A model generated the notes under the pieces. It was not told where the DNA came from and searched no databases. It worked only from the letters and a program-made list of their open reading frames with translations. Of a stretch of 64,000 nucleotides of DNA, positions 29,003-40,145 are shown in pieces (positions within the stretch are counted from its first letter, which is position 1; each line of letters begins with the position of its first letter). The position numbers and the translations under genes are program-made. Source of the DNA: an uncultured Fidelibacterota bacterium (GTDB taxonomy: Bacteria; Fidelibacterota; Marinisomatia; Marinisomatales; UBA1611); NCBI GenBank assembly GCA_913040915.1, contig CAJWHW010000004.1, positions 1 to 64,000 of the forward strand, given 5' to 3'.

Positions 29003-30036
29003 TTGAAGCTCACTATACTGCTCCCAGCTACTATGGTACCTATATCATAAATATGAGTTAATTCTTTCAGCGCATCTTTCACTAATTTCACATCGTTTGC
29101 ATCCACAATAAAGACCATTCCAATACCCATATTAAAAGTACGAAACATTTCATCTTCATCTACATTACCGATGGTTTGCATCACATCAAAAACCGGTAGG
29201 ATTGGCCAAGATCTTTTTTGAATTTCTACTCCGCAGCCATCCGGTAAAATGCGTGGCATATTTTCTACCAATCCGCCGCCGGTGATGTGGGCAACCCCTT
29301 TGATATCAACTCCGGCATCAAGCGTTGCAAATACATGCTTTGTATAATTAATATGGGGTTCAAGCAAAGTCAACCCAACAGACTTATCCAATCCAGGAAT
29401 GGGGTCATTCACATCATATCCGCCAATTTCAAAAAAGAGTTTTCGGGCAAAGGAATATCCATTGGTGTGTAATCCATTAGAAGGCAACCCCAAGACCGAA
29501 TGACCAGGCACAATTTTTTTGCCGTTAATAATGTTATCTTTTTCAACAACTCCAGTAATAACGCCTACTAAATCGTGCTCGCCAGGCAGATATGTGTCAG
29601 GCATTTCTGCTGTTTCTCCACCCACCAAAGAAACACCTGTATCCTGACAGGCTTTCACCATTCCAGATACAATCTCTTCAATAATTGTCGGATTTAGTTT
29701 GTCGTTTGCAATATAATCCAAAAAAGTGAGTGGTCGGGCACCCATGACTAAAATATCATTGGCGCAGGCGCTTAACAGATCAATGCCAATTGTATCGAAT
29801 TTGCCTAGCTTTCTGGCAATGATGATCTTAGTACCTACACCGTCAATACTTTGCACCATGACAGGATTCTTGTAACCATTAAGAATAGATTTAAGATCAT
29901 AAAGGGAACCGAAACTGCCAAGACTAGTCAGCACATTAGATGTAAAAGTGGACTTTACGCCATCTTTGATGCGATTAACTGCTTCATTACCGGCATCAAT
30001 ATCAACGCCAGCTGATTTGTAGTCCAGCTTGCTCAT
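28999..30036 (-). CDS. purM: AIR synthetase
   Basis: YKSAGVDI, DGVGTK, GGETAEMP, GLHTNGYS, AHITGGG, RTFNMGIG. Confidence 0.97.
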   Translation of the reverse strand: MSKLDYKSAGVDIDAGNEAVNRIKDGVKSTFTSNVLTSLGSFGSLYDLKSILNGYKNPVMVQSIDGVGTKIIIARKLGKFDTIGIDLLSACANDILVMGARPLTFLDYIANDKLNPTIIEEIVSGMVKACQDTGVSLVGGETAEMPDTYLPGEHDLVGVITGVVEKDNIINGKKIVPGHSVLGLPSNGLHTNGYSFARKLFFEIGGYDVNDPIPGLDKSVGLTLLEPHINYTKHVFATLDAGVDIKGVAHITGGGLVENMPRILPDGCGVEIQKRSWPILPVFDVMQTIGNVDEDEMFRTFNMGIGMVFIVDANDVKLVKDALKELTHIYDIGTIVAGSSIVSFK

Positions 30037-32365
30037 AGCTTATCACGCAAACCATTCGCCCAAGCTTCCACTGCATCAAGAACCGCAAGATTCACCGTTT
30101 TATTGATGTTAATTGTTGTACCACCGGTAGTTCCTATATCAAAAGGTCTCACACCATAGTTTGAAAAAATAGCTTGGACTTTTTCAATATTACCTTGATG
30201 CGTTTCTGCTAAAAAGCCACCTGTTTCAGAAAACAGAACCTTGACAAGGGAAAGGTCACTTTCAATATGGACTTTACAGCCGATATTCTTTCCAAAAGTC
30301 ATTTCTGCGAGAGCTGATGAAATTCCACCATCAGCAATATCATGGCATGACAAAAACAACTCTTGATCAATACAGTCGGTAACCGCAAATATCTGGTTTT
30401 TCACTTCATTTAAATCAGGTTTCGGTATTTGTGCTCCCAGCTCATCATAGAGAGAATAATACACCGACCCCCCCAGCTCATCTTTCCGTTCGCCAATCAT
30501 TAAAATCACAGAATCCGTTTTTTGAAAATGCATAGGTACAGTACGACGCACATCCTTTATACGACCCAGACAGCTTACAATAGGACTAGGAGGAATGGCC
30601 CCGTTTTTTGATTCATTATAAAAACTCACATTTCCTGCAATAATGGGTGTGGCGTCATGAGGGTTATCTTTCAGTGTAATTGTATGGCAGGCATCAGCAA
30701 TGCCCCTGGCACTTTCTACAAACTCCCACATCTGGTGAGGCTTCTCTGGGTTGCCAAAACATAGACAATCTGAAATAGCATGTGGTGTGGCGCCCACAGC
30801 TGCAACATTACGCATAGCTTCTACAACAGCATTCACCCCACACCAATATGGATCTATTAGACCATGGCGTGGATTATTATCTGTAGAAAGTGCTATACCT
30901 ACATTACGAAGTTCTTCCGGATAATTTTCAGAATTAAAGGGAGCCAAGACTCCTGCATCAGCTAGACCTGTTTCGGTATAGATTCTTCCCTGAACCTGTT
31001 TGTCGTACGTTTCAAAAACAGGCTCACGGCTGGCCATATTTTCATGGGCTAAAATTTTCAGCATTATTTCATTATAATCGAAACCCTCCACAATCTCTGG
31101 TTCTGTAAATTTTTGTTGCCGTGCTTCGTAAGGGCGATCGTATAAAAAGCCTTTAGTTACTTCTGATGCTGGGGCGTTGATAATTTCTTCATCACCGCTG
31201 TGAACAATATACTGACCATCTCTGCGGATTTTGCCTATGACAGATGCCTGTGCACCTTTACTCACGCCGGGCAGGTTAAATACATTATTATAATGATCTA
31301 GTATCATTGGTGTCACCTCCGGAGGTGACACCCACATAAAACGCTCTTGGGTCTCGCTACACAGGTAAACCGATGGGTGGAGGTTTTCCATACCAATATG
31401 AATTTTGTCCATCCACACTTCAGAACCATACCCCGATGTTTCTGCCAGTTCGACGCTTGCACAGGCAACACCACCAGCCCCTAGATCCTTAAAACCCATT
31501 TTATGGACTAGTCCCTTTTCTTTTAGGATATCAAATAAGGCGTAAGATGATTTTAATAGATGGCGCTCCAGAAAAGCGTTAGGTTCCTGAACAGCACCCT
31601 TGTTTTGTTCCTTTTTATCTTCTTCTAGTTCTAGAGATGCAAAACTTGCACCGCCAAATCCGCTATTATCGGTAGGCTTACCAATGAGAATTAGGTCATA
31701 GCCATCAGCATCCTTCGGGGCGTAGGAATGAAGGATGTGGTCTTCGCGAACTATACCCAATGTAACTAAAGTGACTAAACAATTTTCATTATATCCTTTA
31801 TGGTAATAAATGTCTCCACCAATGTTTGGAATACCTAATGGATTACCGTAGCCAGCGACGCCTGCCACCACGCCGTCATGAATCCATTTAGTTTTATTAC
31901 TACTAATTTCTCCAAAGCGAAAAGAATCGGTGCAGGCAATCACCTCTGCGCCCATACACAAGACATCCCGGACATTCCCGCCAACGCCAGTAGCCGCTCC
32001 TTCGTAAGGAACAATTTGGGATGGGTGATTGTGTGATTCGTGGCTCATGACCACACACCATCGGTGACCTTCATTATCGGTTGCAACCGATACCACGCCC
32101 GCATCTTCTTTGGCACCAAGGATTACGTCGGGTCCTTTAGTAGTAAATTGCTTTAAATGGATGCGGCTACTTTTATAGGAGCAGTGTTCAGACCCTTGGA
32201 TGGAGAATAGAATAAGCTCCGCCAAAGATGGAGCACGCCCTAGCATATTATTTTGAATTTTAAGAGCTTCTTCAGCGGTAAGGGGAATGTTCAGATCATG
32301 TAGTCTGCTATTGATAGCTTCATCATTGAGCCCGTTGAAATCAACAAGTTCCTGTGTAAAGGGCA

Positions 32366-32366
<1 letters not shown>
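30033..32366 (-). CDS. purL: FGAM synthase synthetase subunit (small PurL)
   Basis: SEHCSYKS, ESHNHPS..PYEGAATGVGG, DLGAGG, SETQER, GNVSFYN, HDIADGG. Confidence 0.96.
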
Positions 32367-33697
<1,331 letters not shown>

Positions 33698-33761
33698 TCA
33701 CGAAAAATAGAGTAAATATTATTCGAATATTATAGAGATAACAATATTAAAAAAACCGCTA

Positions 33762-33959
33762 TTAAAAATCTTTTTTATTTAATCCGGATTTCTTTTTTGC
33801 CCATTCCAGCACGCGCTTTACTGGTGGAAAATAATCTGCCAAGATAATTAATCCGGGAATACCAAACATCCAGCCTTGAAAAACTGGAATCAAACCACCA
33901 ATCAATCCAACTATCAAAAGGAATATTCCCAATGTGATCCGGATTGTTTTTCTGATCAT
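33762..33959 (-). CDS. Small membrane protein (PGPGW-like)
   Basis: GLIGGLIPVFQGW.F.IPGL.ILA pattern; ATGA overlap with the upstream hydrolase. Confidence 0.7.
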   Translation of the reverse strand: MIRKTIRITLGIFLLIVGLIGGLIPVFQGWMFGIPGLIILADYFPPVKRVLEWAKKKSGLNKKDF

Positions 33960-35332
33960 TGAACTTGCTCTAAGTTAATGTGATTTAACAAAGAATAAAA
34001 TTTTGAATCTGACAGGCCTAGCAAATAAACATTTAAATACTCATAGACTATATTATTAAGTAAATCTATCGAAATATCAGTGGTTAAGTGACTCACATCT
34101 CGCATTACCCAGTGAATAATTGGAGAAAATATGGGGACATCTGAAAAATCTAAATGTTCTGATTCTTTGACAATGTATTGATGATACTGTTCTTGAGAAT
34201 TTAAAATCAATGTATCCAGTGTCTTATAATTATTTGGATAATCAGAATTATGCCAACTCGGTCTCATCAAAAAAAGTTGTGGTATTTTCAATCCTGAATT
34301 TAAAATAACCTTTGGTACAGGACTTATCCAAGGGTCTAGCCCAAAACAAGTCTTGATTCTTGGATCCCAAAAGGATGATACTAGCGCTGTTGCGCCACCA
34401 TATGAATGGCCGCCAACCGCTATCTTATCCATATCCAACTGGCTATTTAAATTAGATTGAATTTGACCTAATTGAATTTTTTTCATTTGATTAATGATAA
34501 AAGATATATCTTTACCACGAGTATTTATTTGCATTTTACGTAGAGCGAGACTATCTGGATGCCCAGTAATGTTTGAACGATAATCAGCCATGCTTCCATC
34601 TGGGAAAATAGTTAAATTGGCATCGTAGCTATGATCTAGGGCCGCTATAACGAACCCCCGGCTTGCCAAATATTCGTAGAGGGCCTGATGTAAATGACGA
34701 GACCCAGTTATCCCGTGAGAAAATACTAGGATAGGTAATTTAAACTTTGAGATTATAGCCGTTGCATTTAAATGACTATTAGTGGAAATATAATTTAAAT
34801 GTTTAGGAAAAAACTCAGGAATGCCTCCTGCCCTAGCTAAGGTTTTAGCTCTCAATTCAATATAGTCCATATAGGGTTCTGTCTTTTTTTCACTTTTAAG
34901 ATCTGCAGGATACCAAATTTGGATCATAATTTGGCGAAAATCGGATTTGTTTTCTGTAAACAACTCGGCTCTGCTTGAATCAATCCAATGATGTACTTCT
35001 GTCCCTATTGAATATTTGCCCCCGGGGTTTGGTAAATTAAAAACTGGTATAATCCAAAGAATAGAACCCGCAAGAATTAACCAACTCATTAACAAAGTTT
35101 TTGTTGTAACATTAATCTCCTTTGCTTTTAATTTGTGAGCAATATACATTGCCGGTAGAAAATATATAATAAAAGTAAATTGCCATCTGATGCCTTCTAT
35201 AAAAAACTGCATCAGGATCGTTAGTATAGCACCAAAGATAAGGTAAAGAAAGATTCGCCTATCTTTATGGTACAATAAAGCAGTTAAAGCGCCAATTGTT
35301 AAAATCAACGTTAGAATTTCAAAAGTGCGCAT
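33956..35332 (-). CDS. Membrane-anchored alpha/beta hydrolase (PAF-acetylhydrolase-like)
   Basis: N-terminal TM helices; QIWYPA, FSHG, GHSYGG, LDPW, HLDFSD. Confidence 0.85.
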   Translation of the reverse strand: MRTFEILTLILTIGALTALLYHKDRRIFLYLIFGAILTILMQFFIEGIRWQFTFIIYFLPAMYIAHKLKAKEINVTTKTLLMSWLILAGSILWIIPVFNLPNPGGKYSIGTEVHHWIDSSRAELFTENKSDFRQIMIQIWYPADLKSEKKTEPYMDYIELRAKTLARAGGIPEFFPKHLNYISTNSHLNATAIISKFKLPILVFSHGITGSRHLHQALYEYLASRGFVIAALDHSYDANLTIFPDGSMADYRSNITGHPDSLALRKMQINTRGKDISFIINQMKKIQLGQIQSNLNSQLDMDKIAVGGHSYGGATALVSSFWDPRIKTCFGLDPWISPVPKVILNSGLKIPQLFLMRPSWHNSDYPNNYKTLDTLILNSQEQYHQYIVKESEHLDFSDVPIFSPIIHWVMRDVSHLTTDISIDLLNNIVYEYLNVYLLGLSDSKFYSLLNHINLEQVQ

Positions 35333-35382
35333 TCAAAAACCATGTGTAAATTGAACGTATAAAAACCATTATGTTTTAAACT

Positions 35383-36036
35383 ATGTCCTTTCAAAAGTTA
35401 AGATTTACAACCTTGCCTGAACCAGATATGATATCTCGATCTACATCTTTTTTAAATCATCTAATGCAACGAAGAACCATACGGGATTTTTCAGATAAAT
35501 CGATTCCATTAGAAATTATAAAAAATGCCATTAAAGCTGCATCTTCTGCACCATCAGGAGCGAACAAGCAGCCATGGCATTTTGTAATCGTTCAAGATCC
35601 TGAAGTAAAAAAAGAAATTAGAACTGCAGCAGAAAAAGAAGAAAAAGAATTTTATAAACATAGAGCACCAGATTATTGGTTAGAAGATTTAAATCAGTTT
35701 GAAACAGATTGGCATAAACCATTTTTAGAAATAGCACCATATTTAATTGTGGTATTTAAACAGAGTTATGATTTAGGAGATGATGGTAAAAGAAAGAATT
35801 ATTATGTCAATGAATCGGTGGGTATTGCTTCTGGGTTTTTATTAGTGGCTTTGCATAATGCTGGACTTGCGACATTAACACATACTCCAAGCCCAATGGG
35901 TTTCTTGGAAAGAATATTAAACAGGCCAGAAAATGAAAAAGCTGTCCTACTTATACCAGTGGGGTTACCGGCTCACGATGCAGAAGTCCCAGAGCTAAAC
36001 AAAAAATCCTTTCGGGATGTTTGTACAATTATCTAA
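35383..36036 (+). CDS. Iodotyrosine deiodinase (IYD subgroup of nitroreductases)
   Basis: RRTIRDF, APSGANKQPW, lid AEKEEKEFY..TDWHKPFL with the substrate-binding Glu/Tyr/Lys, LTHTPSP. Confidence 0.85.
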   Translation: MSFQKLRFTTLPEPDMISRSTSFLNHLMQRRTIRDFSDKSIPLEIIKNAIKAASSAPSGANKQPWHFVIVQDPEVKKEIRTAAEKEEKEFYKHRAPDYWLEDLNQFETDWHKPFLEIAPYLIVVFKQSYDLGDDGKRKNYYVNESVGIASGFLLVALHNAGLATLTHTPSPMGFLERILNRPENEKAVLLIPVGLPAHDAEVPELNKKSFRDVCTII

Positions 36037-36048
36037 GGTCAACAGATT

Positions 36049-36534
36049 ATGCCAGTTCGAATTTTAATAACCGGTGGAACTTTTGATAAAGAATATGATG
36101 AAATAACAGGTGAACTTTATTTTAAAGATACGCACATGCGTGAAATATTAGCTCTCGGAAGATCTAAACTAAAGGTGAAAATTCGAACATTAATGCTTAT
36201 CGATAGTTTGGATATGACCGATGAAGATAGAAAGTTAATTCTTGATAATTGTAATAAGATAGAGGAGGATCAAATTGTCATTACTCATGGCACAGATACA
36301 ATGACGCAAACTGCTCGGACGATTGCAAATGAAAATTTGAATAAAACAATTGTACTCACCGGTGCAATGATACCATACAAATTTGGCAGTAGCGATGGTT
36401 TATTTAATTGCGGCAGTGCCTTAGCCTTAGCTCAAGCCTTACCCCATGGTGTATATATTGCAATGAATGGGCGATATTTTAATTGGGATAAAGTAGAAAA
36501 AAATAAAAAAACAGGTGTATTTGAAGAAATATAG
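36049..36534 (+). CDS. Short single-domain asparaginase
   Basis: TGGTFDK, DSLDM, HGTDTM, LTGAM. Confidence 0.88.
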   Translation: MPVRILITGGTFDKEYDEITGELYFKDTHMREILALGRSKLKVKIRTLMLIDSLDMTDEDRKLILDNCNKIEEDQIVITHGTDTMTQTARTIANENLNKTIVLTGAMIPYKFGSSDGLFNCGSALALAQALPHGVYIAMNGRYFNWDKVEKNKKTGVFEEI

Positions 36535-36554
36535 TATGCATTTACACGTATGTA

Positions 36555-37604
36555 TTAATCTTGCATTTTTCTAATCCAATTTTTAACAAGCTCTACACCT
36601 TCTTTATGAACCAGTTTTCTGCCCAGTTCAGGCATCATGATTCCAGGGTCTGTTGATTCTATTCGATAAAGCATTATTGATTTATCTGGATGCCTTGGTA
36701 CAATGGTGTATTTCATATCACCCGAGCCCCGTCCTGCTGCAATAGGTGGTTTCATGATCCCTAATTTTGTTGGATCAGTTTCTTCAACATTCAAAAATAA
36801 ACCTGATGTTTCTCCTGGAGCACCAAACCGATGGCAATGGGCACAGTTAATATCAATCCAGGCCCGCGCTCGTTCAGCAACAGTTCCATCTTCGTGATTA
36901 TCATAATCGGGCGTATAAGGCAATTCAGAAATTGGAGGTAGCCCTTTTATCATATCTAATTCTGACCATTTCTGTAGTTGATTCATTATCTCATTCCCAT
37001 AATCATAGTCATTATTTAGTAGTCTTACTTTTGGTCCAATAGGTACCATTTTATTGTGACTGACATGACAACCTTTACATTGATTGAAGTTGGGGACACT
37101 ATATTTAAAATTGACTTGTTCGCCTGCAAAATTAGTAAATGACACATCCATTCTGTCACCGGCAATTTCTAAGAATGCATCTGACTGCTCTTCATCCCAA
37201 ATATAGGGGAAGCCCATCCAGCCATCGGGAGTATGAATAAGTAGCCTTGTCTCCATGAGACGAATATTTTCTTCAGGATATCTTAAATCAGCAGGGAAAT
37301 AAAATGTTTTAATCAGTATGGACTCAATTGGAAAATCAAAGGAACCGTCTACTTGGTAGATTAATTGTTCACCGGCTGGTAAAACAATAAATCTAGATTT
37401 TAGAGCATAATCAGAAAATAATTGAGCTGATATATTATATGGGACTATGCCATCTGCTGGCTGGTGTTGTGCTATCCGTCCTTCAAAGAAATTATAATCA
37501 GATAATTTAGGCTTTGCATATTTAAGTGGACTTATTCCAGAAAGAAGGGAAAATAGAATAAGAGAAAAAGCAAAGCGATGCACTTTTCTCAAAAAAATAA
37601 TCAT
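36555..37604 (-). CDS. SO2930-like diheme c-type cytochrome
   Basis: Two CxxCH motifs (CKGCH, CAHCH), LFSDYA.K.R, ETRLL, MMPELG; paired with a beta-helix gene. Confidence 0.8.
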   Translation of the reverse strand: MIIFLRKVHRFAFSLILFSLLSGISPLKYAKPKLSDYNFFEGRIAQHQPADGIVPYNISAQLFSDYALKSRFIVLPAGEQLIYQVDGSFDFPIESILIKTFYFPADLRYPEENIRLMETRLLIHTPDGWMGFPYIWDEEQSDAFLEIAGDRMDVSFTNFAGEQVNFKYSVPNFNQCKGCHVSHNKMVPIGPKVRLLNNDYDYGNEIMNQLQKWSELDMIKGLPPISELPYTPDYDNHEDGTVAERARAWIDINCAHCHRFGAPGETSGLFLNVEETDPTKLGIMKPPIAAGRGSGDMKYTIVPRHPDKSIMLYRIESTDPGIMMPELGRKLVHKEGVELVKNWIRKMQD

Positions 37605-38788
37605 TTTTTTATTTCTAAGATCAATTGGTGTTCACTACCACAATGATGCGGAGATAGATCTTCCGAAAAATTAGAAATAAATGGTGAATACCATTCTTTA
37701 AAATTGTGTTCTATGTCTAGATTTGTAAATCTAGCGCGCCCATTATTTTGAATACATAGTCCTGCTGTTATTTTTGGATCTTGCATACCATCATAAATAA
37801 TATCTGGTATGTTCCTTCCGTATTTAATTGCTAATAATTTTCCAATGTCATAATCTAAGGTGGGGAATCCTGGCCATCGCTCATAAACATTATTATATAT
37901 ATGAATATCTGCTGTGTAAGGATTATATAGAGAATCCTTAATTGTTTCTTCTGTCATGAAATAACTGACCACACCAGTTCCTACACTTTTATTATTTCGA
38001 ATTGTATTCCGGTAAATATATATATCTCTACAGGCTAAAATCATAATTCCTGTACCCGGGAGTACTTTTCCAACAATATTACCCGGGGGTGCGAAATTGA
38101 ATAAATTATTGGATTCAATAATGTTATTAAAAACATGAATATTCCCGCCTTTTTTCTGTATCAGGTCAGGTAAATCAAATACAAGAATACCCCCCGTATT
38201 ATTATAGGTATGATTTTTGTAGACTTTTGCATTATTTGAATTTTCAATTTCAATACCAGCCACATTATCAAAAACAGTGTTATAGCGCACAATGATTTCA
38301 TTAGACTGACCCACATAAATTCCGGCGTCAGAAGCACCGATCGAAAGTGAATGTTCAATTAACACATTATTACATTGCACTGGATATAGTCCATAGGCTC
38401 CATTGGTAGGTTTGGGACCTCCTGTCCATTCTGTTTTTAAGTGACGGAAAACAATTCCATCCGTATATTGAACCTTAATGGCATCACCTTTTGAATCTTG
38501 AACTGTAAAATTTTCCAATGTTATATTTTTGGAATTAGTAATGCTGATGCCTTGCGCTCCTTCTTCTTGATTGGAAAACTGCAGGATGGATTTATCCATG
38601 CCGGATCCACGAATAAACAAATTTTCTTTTCCTTCAATTGATAAAGTACCTAAAATTAGATGGACACCATCCGGCACTGTGATGGTGTCACCGAACTCTG
38701 CTAGAATGAATTGCATTTGCAGTTCTTTTTCCAGATTCGCATAAGCTATGCAAACTAAAAGATGAAGTGATATGGTTAAATGGGTCAT
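37601..38788 (-). CDS. Secreted parallel beta-helix protein
   Basis: GAYGLYPVQC, GASDAGIYVGQS, NVAGIEIENS, NNTGGILVFDLP repeats. Confidence 0.85.
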   Translation of the reverse strand: MTHLTISLHLLVCIAYANLEKELQMQFILAEFGDTITVPDGVHLILGTLSIEGKENLFIRGSGMDKSILQFSNQEEGAQGISITNSKNITLENFTVQDSKGDAIKVQYTDGIVFRHLKTEWTGGPKPTNGAYGLYPVQCNNVLIEHSLSIGASDAGIYVGQSNEIIVRYNTVFDNVAGIEIENSNNAKVYKNHTYNNTGGILVFDLPDLIQKKGGNIHVFNNIIESNNLFNFAPPGNIVGKVLPGTGIMILACRDIYIYRNTIRNNKSVGTGVVSYFMTEETIKDSLYNPYTADIHIYNNVYERWPGFPTLDYDIGKLLAIKYGRNIPDIIYDGMQDPKITAGLCIQNNGRARFTNLDIEHNFKEWYSPFISNFSEDLSPHHCGSEHQLILEIKK

Positions 38789-38900
38789 GCGTATAATTAA
38801 GAAATTAAGTGCAACTTAAGGTATGAATAAACATCAAAATAACGCATTCAATAATTCCCGCATATTTTCTTTTTTAAAAATCTTTGCTTAGATTTAAAAA

Positions 38901-39617
38901 ATGAAGCCTACTCGTTTCCATTCCTGGAATGTTTCTCCTGAAGAAGCATCTGCAATTCAGCTCAATTTGCGTGATAAAGTTGAAGTTCAACCTTTGCCAA
39001 ATGATATTGAATTGGTGTGTGGGACATCTATATCTCATGATCCAAATACCAATACAGTGCATGTAGCATTAGTGGTCTCAAAATTTCCAGCGATGGAATT
39101 AGTAGAGTGTCACAGTCTATCAGAAGAAACCACATTCCCTTATGTTAGTGGTCTATTGGCATTTCGGGAAGCACCGTCTTTGATGACATTGCTAAAGAGA
39201 ATCCAGTACCAGCCTGATGTAATATTATTTCATTCTCACGGGCTTGCCCACCCCAGAAAGTTTGGCTTAGCATGCCATTTAGGTGTTTTATTTAATATAC
39301 CATCGATTGGTGTTGCAGACCGGGTTTTGGTTGGATACCATGATAATTTGCCGATAGAGAAAGGATGCTATGTCCCACTTAAGGATAACAAGCAAGAACT
39401 TGGACTTGTTCTGCGTACAAAGGAAGATGAGAATCCTATATTTGTTTCTGTTGGGCACAAATCGGATCTTTTCACTGCTATGGAATTAACTATGAAATGC
39501 ATCACGCGTTACCGGCATCCCGAACCCATACGCCAGGCACAATTAGCTGTGAGAGCCCAAAGAGATGGTGAAAATATTGATTTAGAACATGGTAGTAATC
39601 AAGCGTCTTTATTTTAG
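38901..39617 (+). CDS. nfi: Endonuclease V homologue with substituted catalytic residues
   Basis: PYVSGLLAFRE wedge, HG.AHPR.FGLA.HLG, SVGH and PEP.R.A retained; acidic metal ligands replaced (see findings). Confidence 0.85.
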   Translation: MKPTRFHSWNVSPEEASAIQLNLRDKVEVQPLPNDIELVCGTSISHDPNTNTVHVALVVSKFPAMELVECHSLSEETTFPYVSGLLAFREAPSLMTLLKRIQYQPDVILFHSHGLAHPRKFGLACHLGVLFNIPSIGVADRVLVGYHDNLPIEKGCYVPLKDNKQELGLVLRTKEDENPIFVSVGHKSDLFTAMELTMKCITRYRHPEPIRQAQLAVRAQRDGENIDLEHGSNQASLF

Positions 39618-39730
39618 TACATATTTTTATGCTCCAAATAAAACAATAACTATAGGAATTGTAAGTTTCTAGGATAGAGGTTAGAGTTTTAGCATAATGG
39701 TCACTTATTTCTTATTTTATATTTTAGTTA

Positions 39731-39762
39731 TTAATAATAACCTAACATTGTTTTTTTAAAGT
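39731..39762 (+). promoter_or_regulatory. Candidate Pho box plus -10 element upstream of arsC
   Basis: TTAAT(39731)-N6-CTAAC(39742)-N10-TAAAGT(39757); one mismatch to the consensus, identical spacing; AT-rich context. Confidence 0.55.
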
Positions 39763-39780
39763 AAAAATAAAGGAATAGAT

Positions 39781-40134
39781 ATGTCTGAATTCACCCTATA
39801 TCATAATCCAAGGTGAGGGAAAAGCAGGGGAGCCGTGTCGCTCCTCAAAGAAGAAAATATAGATTTCAAAATTATAGAATATTTAAAAACACCCTTAAAT
39901 AAAAAAGAAATCTTATCTATCTCTAAAAAACTGAACCTTCCTCCATCAGGTTTTGTGCGAAAGAATGAAGTAGAATTCAAAGATAATAATTTGAGTGATG
40001 AGCTTGATAATGATGAAACAATGGCAGAAGCAATCGCGAAATTTCCAAAAATTATGCAACGTCCCATTGCTGTTAAAGGCAACCAGGCAGTCATTGGACG
40101 TCCGCCAGAAAATGTTTTAATTTTAATTCGTTGA
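39781..40134 (+). CDS. arsC: Glutaredoxin-type arsenate reductase (ArsC family), probable selenoprotein with Sec12
   Basis: AAGGA RBS at 39770 and ATG at 39781. Reads MSEFTLYHNPR-[TGA 39814-39816]-GKSRGAVSLL in frame with the 39835 ORF. Keeps the VRK, QRPI and GRPPE arginines; 117 aa with readthrough. Confidence 0.88.
39827..39846 (+). promoter_or_regulatory. Bacterial SECIS-like hairpin within arsC
   Basis: GGGGAGC-CGTGTC-GCTCCTC: 7-bp stem (one G-U), starting 10 nt after the UGA, with a GU near the 5' side of the loop; locally GC-rich in an AT-rich gene. Confidence 0.75.
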
Positions 40135-40145
40135 GAGAAAAAAAC

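Noticed and set aside
39835..40134. ORF-track 99-aa version of arsC, or reading arsC as a nonsense pseudogene
   Set aside because: It lacks the active-site loop. The RBS, ATG, TGA exactly at Cys12, hairpin and intact remainder favour Sec recoding. TGA is a normal stop elsewhere in the window, so this is not an alternative genetic code.
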